From the NCBI GenBank assembly GCA_964234715.1, contig OZ174277.1: a stretch of DNA of 64,000 nt, one strand, 5' to 3'. The translations under genes were made by a program, and so were the position numbers. This stretch comes from Podarcis melisellensis. Taxonomy: Eukaryota. The notes below the pieces were generated by a model. It searched no databases and had not been told where the DNA came from. It saw only the letters and a list, made by a program, of their open reading frames with translations. Shown here piece by piece: positions 12,848 through 22,880 of this stretch (position 1 is its first letter; the number at the start of each line of letters is the position of its first letter).

Positions 12848-12976
12848 CAGATGTGGAGAACCTTTTGCCCTCGTAAGGTTGCTGAACTATGACTCCCATC
12901 ATCCCTTGCCCTTGCTGGGGTTGATGGGAGTCACAGTTCAGCAACATTTGGAGGGGCCAGTGGTTCCCCACACCTG
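12848..12976. mobile_element. Palindromic hAT-type MITE
   Basis: cagatgtggagaacc ... ggttccccacacctg termini with internal actcccatca/tgatgggagt inverted pair. Confidence 0.7.
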
Positions 12977-13469
12977 ACACCAAGCATGGGAAAGTGTTCT
13001 CTAAAATTCAGAAGAGAACACTGGATGGTGGTTTTTATTTAGACAAAATAAAAGGGAGCATATTATTGTTCCATGTTTTAAACTGAACCTTGTAGCCCAA
13101 GGCTGTGCACTCAGAACTAAGGTAATAATATTACTATTAATATTATTATTAATAATAGGCTTAGATCTGAGTTCATAGCCCTGGGCTACAAGCTTCAGTT
13201 TAAAACATGGAACAAGATGATGATGATGATGATGATTATTATTATTAGCAGCAGCAGACACATAGGAGAAGAGGGCTCCTGATATTGTAACAGCCATATA
13301 GGAAAGGAAATATCTGTAGAGGCAATTCTAACCCCACCCTCCCAATAAAACCGCCAGTACCAAATTCTGCATCCTATACAAAGATTGCATATGTAATAAG
13401 TCTGTCCTCTTTTGCACCTTGCCACTCTAATTTGAAAACGTAGGTTAGCTGATGAATAAACCATCCTAC

Positions 13470-13658
13470 CTGGAGGTGTTTGATCTTGCCATGGCTGATG
13501 TAAATTCCCCTGGTAGTTTTAGCAATCTCTTTAGGCACTTCTCCAACTCTATAGCACTGCACTCTCCCTGCCAAGTCACAGTGGCATTTCCATGGGCATG
13601 TGGGGGTTTGAGCTCTGCAAAGATAAAACAAGAGGAGTAAAAGGCAAAACAGCTGCAT
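13470..13658 (-). CDS. NEPN: Nephrocan, coding exon 1 (signal peptide + LRRNT)
   Basis: MQLFCLLLLLFYLCRAQTPTCPWKCHCDLAGRVQC...IKHLQ, donor CAG|GTAGGA; 189 nt. Three exons total 1536 nt = 511 aa + stop; position between NUS1 and GOPC is the known nephrocan locus. Confidence 0.9.
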
Positions 13659-13732
13659 TTTCCTAAACAGCACCTTCCCGAGCAGCACCAGCTTAAATGT
13701 GAGCCTCAGCATGAATTTAGGTGCCATGTGTT

Positions 13733-13950
13733 CTTTTATACCGTAACACCTGATAAAAAGATAATACAGATGTGTGTTTTACTTTTGTTTAAAAGAGAGC
13801 GAACAGAAAAGACAATCTCTTAACTTCCTTGGGTTAAAATATTCACAGGCATCACAAAGAGCAAAAGGTTTAAACAATGATAAGGAATCTTTATTCTGGC
13901 TGGCATGGAAATTGATCTTATTTATTGGCTGTTGCCTAATCTGCAAACAC
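13733..13950 (-). promoter_or_regulatory. NEPN: NEPN proximal promoter: TATA box plus GATA/SOX/FOX motifs
   Basis: TATAAAAG on minus strand at 13740-13733; TGATAA 13751, AGATAA 13759, AACAATG 13873-13879 overlapping TGATAA 13878-13883, ATTGG 13924-13928, GCAAACA 13943-13949. Confidence 0.65.
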
Positions 13951-15329
13951 TTCTGTTATCTGTAGTTTCCTAGTTTGGTTAAGTGTGACACCACAGAATG
14001 AGTTGGGAGAAAAGATAAAGAGCTGTTTTATAGTGGGCTATAAAATTTTTGGATTTTCAATGACCCCGTATTAAAAGCATCAGGAAAAAGACCCTGAAGC
14101 TCCTCTTTTATCCCGACACACAAACATAGTTGCATGATTGATCCAGAGGAATCAAGCCAGTTTACTTTGTTTTTAAAATATACTATATTTTACATAGATT
14201 TCTATATTTTACATAATTCAATGATAGTTATTGACAACATTTATTTTGAGTTATTTTAAAATGTCTATATATGTTGTGAACCGCCCTGTGATCTTCAGAT
14301 GAAGAGGGACAAACAAAATTCATAAACAGCAGCAGCAACAACAACGTTGTCTGATGCAAAAAATGTCACTTGAAGAACTTGTGTATCTTTTGTTTTCCTA
14401 GGATTTAGTTACTGAAAATCTGTAATGCTGGAAGGCTGATTTACTATCCTCTGCTTTTCATCTGTGGATTGTGTTCCCATTTCACCTCTCACTCACCCAG
14501 AACTCCTGTACTCTTTACAGCTGGAGGCAAAAAAATAACAATGAATGAATAGTTCCTCATAATGACACCTACATCTTTAAGAATTCAGGTCTTCTCTATC
14601 CAGGTCTAACACTGTTCAATAGTCTGCATGAGCTCTTTGCTTTCAAACCCAAAGTCGGAGTGATCACTGTATTTGTGCATAAAATTATTTTATATGCCCC
14701 TTGATATAGGCAGGTGTGAGTGCACTTGCCCTACTTTTCCTACTGTGGGGCTGCACTCTGGATTTAAAGCACAATCTCCTGTTATGTAAAGCATAAGATG
14801 TTCAACCAGATGAGGGCTCCTTCTCCAGCCTATTTCTAAGCATTGTTCACTGGTTCTTGCGACTGGTGAGCTACAGATGCCTTGCAATATTTTTATTCCT
14901 GTGTGCAGCTGTGGAGAAGCAGTAAAAACCCACACTCTGCCATGTTTGCTGAGTCCAGGAAACTCCCTCTCTTTTGCTCCTAACACTCTTTTTTTGGGCC
15001 AGGGCTTGTAAACATTCAGTGGGAGTATGCTGTCACCCTCCCGCTGTTTTCTGTTTGTCAACTGCCCTAAGCAAAAGAGAGCTGTTGCTATTCTCTGTGT
15101 GCAGCTGCTATGGATGTGGCCTCGGAAAAGTCTTTTCCTCCCCCAGTGAGTCACAGCCCCTTGTACACTGTGCTCCAAAATGGTGCTTGTGAGGAGCGTA
15201 AGGAAGACTGGCATTAGTAAGGTGCTGCATTATTGCAGAAAGGAGAAATCAGAATGAAAGGAGAAATCAGAATGGTTACAATATTTGGGACAACCAGGAG
15301 GGCAACCAGAAGGCAATCAGGACATGACA

Positions 15330-15760
15330 AAGACATATAAAATTATGCCTGGATGGCATAATTTTCTAAATTGCATAAAAATGCAAGAATTTGGGACTAA
15401 CAAATTAAGCTGAATGTTAGAAGATTCAGGACAAAATAAAGTATTTCTTCACATAGTGCATAAGCAAACATTGGAATTTATTCCTTCAGCAGGTAGTGAT
15501 GGCCAAAAACTTAGATGGCTTTAAACGAGTAAATAAATCCATGAAGTTATCAATGGCTAGTAGCCATGATGGCTTTATTCTGTGTCCACTGGTGGAGACA
15601 GCATGCATCTGAATATCAGTTGCTGGCAATCACAAGTAGGAACCCCTTCCTGTTGCGCTCAAGTCCTGCTTGTGGGTTTCCAAGAGGCATCTGGCTGGCC
15701 ACTGTAAGAACCAAATGATGCACCAGACAGGCCTTTGGCCTGATCCAGCAGGGTCCGTAT
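15330..15760 (+). mobile_element. CR1 LINE 3' fragment
   Basis: agattcaggaca...ttcttcaca...gtgatggcc...ttagatggctttaaa...tggcctgatccagcaggg, resembling CR1 ORF2 end plus 3' UTR. Confidence 0.7.
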
Positions 15761-16199
15761 GTTATTATGGCTGGAGTTTTTAATGTGATGGTTGCTGGCC
15801 ATGCCACCAGGGCTCATATGGTGTCATTTTGAGCATTTTGTTCCAGGGGTGTGTACTGGGGGTATCATGAATTCATGCCCATCATTGGTTCCCTTCCTGT
15901 GTGTCAGCATGTGGGCATCATTGGCAGCACTGTAACAACATTTCCCTGGATGCTGTTTTTATGCCATTTTGGAATTTTCTGAGTGGTATGTTTGCCCCTG
16001 TCCTCCTTGGCATGTGTGACTAGAATACAGTAATTGTTTCATCAGTATGCAGGCAGTGTATTTCTTCCTGGCCCTGCCAACACAGCTGGCCATGTAATTC
16101 AAGATTGGTCTGTAAAGGTCCCACCATTTGTCTCACTGATTTCTTGTTCTTGTTGCATTTAAAGAAACTGTTGTTTTTATGTATTTAGTCATTACTCCT

Positions 16200-16740
16200 T
16201 GAATACTTTATTTGCCTGCCTAATAGTTTTATATTTGTTTTGTCCTTTTTATTTTTCCCATTGGAGCAAGACTTTTGAATGCAAGCCTTTTTGTCTTGTG
16301 TGGCTTCTTCAACACTAATGTATGCTCTTCCTTAACTACAATGGCATTCTCATGAGCCTACATACATGCTCCAAGTTTCCTGAAGGGACTCTCGCCTATA
16401 ACTTGGTTTTAAAATAATGCCCTAGGCTTTGTCAGGTTTCCTTGTCTAAAATGAATGTGACTTCAAGCTCTTTAAGGTGGTTTCCATATATACCATTCAG
16501 CAACAAATAAAGTGCTAATCAGATCCAGGCTACCACTCAATATTAAATATGTACCCACCTCCTCTCCTGTAGGCTCTTTGACTAATTTATTACATCTTGA
16601 AATGTTGTTTATGTTGGCCTGAATGTACCTGTTAATGTGAGGATAATTGAGGCCACCCATTATTACCCTTTTTCTCTTCAACTAACTCTAATTTCTTTAC
16701 CTCAAGATAAGCATCAGAATTTGAGTAGAGGTGGTGATAT
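16200..16740 (-). mobile_element. CR1 ORF2 endonuclease remnant
   Basis: Minus-strand ORF VIMGGLNYPHI...VKEPTGEEVGTYLILS resembles CR1 endonuclease GDFNYPDI / EPTRG..LDLIL. Confidence 0.6.
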
Positions 16741-18599
16741 TTCCTTCCTCCTATATTGCTTTTTTGGCTGGCTATTTCTACCCACAATGATTCTGTGATT
16801 TGTTTTTTTCACCAAAGGTTTCTAGTTCTTAACATTGCAATCCATACATTATTATGGTGCACCTGCTCTGCTCTCCTGCATGCACCACGTGAACCTTCAC
16901 TTTATATTCTTGCACTTTCCTTGTTTGTGTTTGTTTTTGCTGCTGGTTTTATTGCTGGTTTGTTACTTGATGTGGATGGTTTTACAAGTTATTGTTTTAC
17001 GGATGTAAGACATCTTGGACAATTTAATTAGGAAGGCAGGATCAAAAAAGGTGTTATGTAAATAAGAAGTTCAATGGGCAGTATGTTCCCAGCTCAAAAA
17101 CAAACAAACTTGAACAGGGATTTGTCCTTGGATTCTGGTATTTGAATGAACCATACCTGTCAGTGATAATAATCTTTATGACAGGGCAATGTTTGTTGTA
17201 CTGTTTCTACCTATGCCTCTTGATGAAAAAGAGTTTGCTGTCTTATCAAGAGCAAATGCTGCACCCCTCGATACACAAAGTCATTCTGAAAATTCAAAGG
17301 AAGCTGCTACTTTCCATGGTTCTTCCAACAAGCAAAGGGATAGAGACCTTCCAGAAATTTTAAAAGCCTTCCCATTTATTTAAGACTGCAGTCATATGCA
17401 CACATGCTAAAAAGCCTCACTGATATAGTGGGATTTGCCTTTGAGTACACATGCGCATAATTGGTCTATTATGCTAGCTCCATCCAGAGCCAGTAACACC
17501 GAATTTGGTCAGACAGGTTGGAGGTGCCAAGATTCATCTTTGCAGTTACATTGTATTCAAACAAAGCAGGACAGTGGTGGAGGGAAGGAATCCTTAGCAG
17601 CCTAATTATTGTTTGTTTGTTTTTAGGGATCAAACAAAATTCTTCCCAAAATGATAGGGTATTGGCAGTACAGAAAGTATCACTGCTGGTTCTTGCCATT
17701 TATTTAAATGACTAAACTCCTGTTCTTAGACATGCTGAGTCTTCAAATAAGCTTTTAAAAAATCTTCCAAGTTTGTAAAAATCAGATGGGTGGAGAGGAG
17801 GAATTTTTAAATAAGTGTTTTAGGATATGTGATGCTAGCACACCTGTCCAAGTTATATTCTTGGAGGATAGGTGGGAGGAAAGCAATTCTGCTCCCCCAT
17901 AACACAATATATTCACCCAAGTAGAAGGAAAATGTGATTACCACACAGCAGATATGCTAACAGGTTTGTTTGCATCCCACTTCTTAAGTACTGTGTTACT
18001 CACTGCACAAAGTAAGTTTGGATGGTCTATTAGGGGACAGGCTAGTAAACTGCGAATTCACTGTGACTCTGAACACAACAAATGGAAAGGATTTCAAGCC
18101 TTATTCAAGCCTATGAGGTATTTAGGGAACTTTCCACGCTAATCATTTAGAATGTAAGCCTCAGGTAAGGGACTGGTTTTTTTCACACTGTCGCACAATG
18201 CCATTTTTTAAAATGTTTCTTGTATGCTGCAACAGTTCATACGTTGAGCTTTCTAGGGCCAAAAAAGCCTTGGGTTTTTTTTTTTTTTTACCAGGGAATA
18301 TGCAGTGTTTCCTTCCGATCCCGCCTTCAGTGCTTGCACTTGTGTAGAGCTCGAGTAGTGGGGGCAGTAGATAGATCCAGCTGATCGCAGTAGATCGGGA
18401 AGGGTCTTTGACTTCCAGCATCCAAACTTCCTTTCCTCACTAAAACAAAAACCTAACCTGGCATGGACTTTTGAGCACAAGAGCTCAGAATGTGCTCAGA
18501 AAAAGGCACCTTGTTCTTAATTCCAAGCCCTTTGCTGTGGGTGGTAGATGTTCCTAGTAATAAAAAAGGCTCCCCCACCCCCAGTTAAGACCCCCTTGC

Positions 18600-19760
18600 T
18601 CAGCCACAGCTTCTGGGAGAAGTATAGCAACGCTCAGAAACGGACTCAGGAAACCTCCCCGTCGCCTCGCGCTCTCTCCCGCGCGGCTTCCTAACGTCAA
18701 TGCGAGCTCCCGACGGACCAATAAGCAGCAGCATTGCCCGTCGCTATTGCCGGCCGCTGTGGGAAACAAGACGCTGGGCTAGACAGGCCTGTCGAGGAAG
18801 ATCCAGGAAGGATTTTCTCACGTCTTTAAGCGAATGAGAACCTGCTAAACTCGCGCCGTCCTCGAAGTAGAGCTGCGCCGCAGCGCCCCCTCTGGCAGAG
18901 AGCAGCAGCAGCAGCAGCAGCGCCCGTCGATCGACGATTTGTGGGGAATCTCGGCCCAACCGACCTGACTGCCGAAGAAGCCTCCGTTGTGGCAGGCCGA
19001 AGAAGCCGAGCGCCGATCTGCTCGGCAGCGGCTTTCCTGCGTTGCCCTACCGGGTGACAGAAGCGAAGTCGCACCTAGCGCGCATGCGCCGCCCCCCTCA
19101 CCCCTCGTTCTCCCTTAGCCGCTGCTCCGCCCTCGCCGCTCTCGAGCTCAGGCCGACGCTTCCCTGTCCCGCCTCGCCTCGCGGGCACCGAGGGGAGGAG
19201 GGGGCCGTCCCGCGGGCGCCGGCGAGGGTTAGGTCGGGTCGGCCGGGGGCGCCGGTGCGCTAGCGCGGCAGGGCTCGTAGGAAGAGCGGAGGCGTCTCCC
19301 GCCGAGGGGTCACAATGTCTGGCGTGGGAGTGGGCTCCTGCGGGGGGTCGGGCTCCGGGGCCTGTGGCGGCGGCGGGGCGGGGGCGGCGGCCTCCTCCTC
19401 GTCGTCGTCTCCCGGTGGAGGCGGCGGCCTGTCGATGTTCCGCTGGCTGGAGGTCCTGGAGAAGGAGTTCGACAAGGCGTTCGTGGACGTGGACTTGCTG
19501 CTGGGCGAGATCGACCCCGACCAGGCGGACATCACCTACGAGGGGAGGCAGAAGATGACCAGCCTCAGCTCCTGCTTCGCGCAGCTCTGCCACAAAGCGC
19601 AGACAGTCTACCAGATCAACCACAAGCTCGAGGTGAATTTGTGGAGCGGGAGAGAATAGCTGCCCTCCCGCCCGCTGTGGGCTCTCTTGCGGGGAACGGG
19701 ACGGAGGAGACGCTCGGGTTTCCCCTCTCTCTTTCCCCCTTCTGAGGCACTTGGAGGAAG
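18600..19760 (+). promoter_or_regulatory. GOPC: GOPC CpG island promoter
   Basis: CpG-dense; CCAAT ~18718, CTCF-like CAGCGCCCCCTCTGGCAG 18881-18898, NRF1 palindrome GCGCATGCGC 19080-19089, (GCA)n ~18900-18920. Confidence 0.8.
19315..19632 (+). CDS. GOPC: GOPC (PIST/CAL/FIG) exon 1
   Basis: MSGVG...[67 protein letters not shown], donor GAG|GTGAAT; 318 nt. Confidence 0.96.
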
Positions 19761-20176
19761 CAAATCATGGCCACACCCTCAGTTTCCTATCTCTGAAATG
19801 GGAATAAATGGCGAACCCCCCTCCCCCAACTTCCAAGGCAAAGCAGTGTCACCTGCCCCATACTGTGAGGACCCAGGCGCCTCCATCAACTCGTGCATAG
19901 CATCTTGGCCTTGCGGTAGAGACTTGGAAACCTTGCCGTCAAGGAGGGAGCAAGGATGTTCGTCTATGGCTCTTCCTTGTAGGCAAAAGTTATTACGGTT
20001 TCGGTGACTGGCTAAAAATTAAGCTCAGTGTAGTAGGAAGTAATGTTAGGGGGTGTGGCAGAACAATGTGCTGAAAACCCAGCTTCTGATAAATCTGGGT
20101 ATAGACTTTCAGAAATCAAATATCTACAGATTTGGAGTCTCTTTGGATTCCGAACTTTTAAATGAGTCTGTTACAT

Positions 20177-20505
20177 GGTGCTGTGGGTTAAACCACAGAG
20201 CCTAGGACTTGCCGATCAGAAGGTCGGCGGTTCGAATCCCTTCGGCGGGGTGAGCTCCTGTTGCTCTGTCCCAGCTCCTGCCAATCTAGCAGTTCGAAAG
20301 CACGTCAGAGTGCAAGTAGATAAATAGGTACCACTCCGGCGGGAAGGTAAACGGCTGCTCTGGTTCGCCAGAAGTGGCTTTGTCATGCTGGCCACATGAC
20401 CCGGAGGCTGTACGCCGGCTCCCTCGGCCAATAAAGCGAGATGAGCGCCGCAACCCCAGAGTCGGTCACGACTTGACCTAATGGTCAGGGGTCCCTTTAC
20501 CTTTA
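20177..20505 (+). mobile_element. Sauria SINE (Squam1/POM type), slightly 5'-truncated
   Basis: gtgggttaaaccacagagcctagg...ggttcgaatccc (B box)...gtagataaataggtacc...cctttaccttta tail; flanking direct repeat ttacatggt 20171-20179 / 20503-20511. Confidence 0.9.
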
Positions 20506-20671
20506 CATGGTAATGTGAGATTCAAACATGACCCATGACCTCACTGGCTCAGTGGTAGAGCATGCTTTGAATGCAAAAGGTCTCATCTTCTGTATATACA
20601 TGCTCTGTATCAGAGTGGTCTTCATTTTTTCCAGACCTGTGACCCACTTTAAATCCAACCCAGAATTAGAA

Positions 20672-20902
20672 CAAAAAAAATTCCTTCCAGTAGCACCTTA
20701 AAGACCAACTAAGTCAGTTCTTGGTATGAGCTTTCGTGTGCATGCACACTTCTTCAGATGGTTATTACCATCTTATTCTGAAGACGTGTGCATGCACACG
20801 AAAGCTCATACCAAGAACTGACTTAGTTGGTCTTTAAGGTGCTACTGGAAGGAATTTTTTTTGTTTTGACTATGGCAGACCAACACGGCTACCTATCTGT
20901 AA
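20672..20902. mobile_element. Penelope-like retroelement terminal fragment with inverted repeat and hammerhead ribozyme cores
   Basis: Arms ~20671-20758 and ~20777-20864 are near-perfect reverse complements; CTGAAGA-N-gtgtgcatgcacac-GAAAGCTC on both strands; direct repeat ccagaattagaa at 20660-20671 and 20903-20914. Confidence 0.8.
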
Positions 20903-22063
20903 CCAGAATTAGAAATTACCTATGCCTGTCTTCTCTCAAACACATTGTCTCTTTTTCAAATGCACCAGCTCTCAAATTTTATACTTTGCTGTTAGAATGT
21001 AGAATTCAATATTATATTATTTTGGCATGAAATGTGGACAGAGCAGGGACAAGGAAATACTTAAGTCACAAGCACACAGCAAAAACCAAGGTGTAGGGCA
21101 GGGCTGGGAGCCTGTGGCCCACCAGACACTGTTAAATTCAAAATCTCATAAGCCCAGGCCAATATGGTGTAAGCAGTCGTATTGAGAAAAATACATAGTG
21201 CAAATGTAGTCTGTATCATAACATGACAAAATAAGCATTTTGCTATAAACTTGTTTCCATCTTTTTTCAGGAGCTGTTGTTACAATTTATTCATTGATTT
21301 ACATTGATAATTAAGCCTGTATTATTACAGTAATTGCAGTATGCTATGGAAGAAATATTATATTTTGTTAGATGGAACAAATAACTATCTCTCACAACTT
21401 TATAGTATTGGGCCGTTAAATCCAAATTATAAGTACTATTATGGACAAGACAGTGGCTACAAACAACATGCAAAAAAATTAAGTACATACGATAGTAAGT
21501 AGTAGCAGGCATGGGTATGAGCATATTAGAATAAAATGTATCAGTCTGATTATTATCATTCAGTAACAGTTGTGGAGCAATGCTGTTATAGGTTAAGTCT
21601 GAATGGTGCAGAACTGTGCACTGTGGTGCAGAAAATTTCATCCAGAATAGGACCATGCCCATAAGAAACATTGGCAGTCTGTTTTATTTCTTCAGGTAGA
21701 AAATCTTCATATTTCACCAGAATAAGTCTTCTAGATCTCTTTAGAGGACAGACAAAATAGGTTAGGGCTGCAGAGATTCAGATGATCATTAACTAAGATT
21801 AAGGTGTTGGAGCTGGGCCACAGTACAGTAGACTCCTTCCCATTTCTCGCTCTAATTTTCCCACTCACTAATTCTTATAACAGTTATGTTTAAGGACTTA
21901 TAAGCAGATATAGGATTCAGAATTGTTTACAGTGCATATATAATGAAGTTCATATCTTAATAAATAGGATGAAGAACAGGGAGCCCATGGACTGGATGTG
22001 GTCAGCTGCTCCTTCTGATCCTGCTTGCAGCATTCCCTCCCCCCTACATCAATTAGGATAGAA

Positions 22064-22224
22064 CAGGCACGTCCAACAGGCAGATCTCCCCCCCCCAAAA
22101 AAAACCCAAGGCTTTCTTCCTCCTTAAAAAAAAAGCTCAACAACTTTGACCTGAACCCCCAGGGGGTAGATCACTGCCAGTCTCTGTGATTAGATCACAG
22201 TCTCTTGGGAGTTGGCCACCCCTG
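22064..22224. mobile_element. hAT-type MITE
   Basis: Imperfect TIRs caggcacgtccaac / gttggccacccctg; perfect 8-bp TSD ggatagaa (22056-22063, 22225-22232). Confidence 0.8.
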
Positions 22225-22659
22225 GGATAGAACAAAGCCTTCTATAGGCAGTCATGTATGAGGAGGCTCTTTTTGAGCTTCATGAGGAGGCTTTATGGAG
22301 CTGCAGTTTCCAAGGCAGATGCTTGGGGTGTGAAGAGTGAGAGTCTGCATGTGTGGTACATGCCCACATTTGTCTTGGCCCTCAGAAAATTGGCCAAGAG
22401 GGAATGTGGCCAAAAAAATGTTCCCCATCCTTATCTTAATAGTTTCAAATATTGGGGTTAATGTTCTTCCTATCATCATCAGTTTATTAATCAATTTCTA
22501 TACAATTGTTTCAAGGTGATGTACAATGAAAACACAAGACAGACATATATAAAGCAAAACAAAAACAATACAAAATAGACTCTAATGGTACCATTTTAAC
22601 CCTGTTAACCTGATAAGTTTTCAACTCTGTTTCTAATAGGACTGTGCTCAAAATAAATG

Positions 22660-22880
22660 TTGGTAGTCTGCCTTATACCAGGTTAGACTATTTCTTTGTC
22701 TAGCCTAGTATTGTCTACTCTGACTGGCAGTCTCTCTCCAGAATTTCAGATTGATAGTCTTTAACATTACCTGCTGCTCCCAATCCCTTTTAACTGAAGA
22801 GACCAGAGATTCATCCTGGGATTCTCTATGTGAAAAAAAGTGTTTTTGAAACCTGAGGTACATTTGAAGTTCCAGCACCA
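22660..22880 (-). mobile_element. tRNA-derived SINE with CR1-like tail (Squam3-like), degraded
   Basis: Reverse-complement similarity to 36318-36510. Confidence 0.6.

Noticed and set aside
13659-13727. Longer NEPN start MAPKFMLR...
   Set aside because: The ATG lies only ~6 nt downstream of the TATA box, upstream of the likely TSS; MQLF gives a clean signal peptide.
18554-19623. Minus-strand ORFs suggesting a divergent gene at the GOPC promoter
   Set aside because: Low-complexity antisense ORFs in the CpG island with no recognisable domain or splice structure; a non-coding divergent transcript cannot be excluded.
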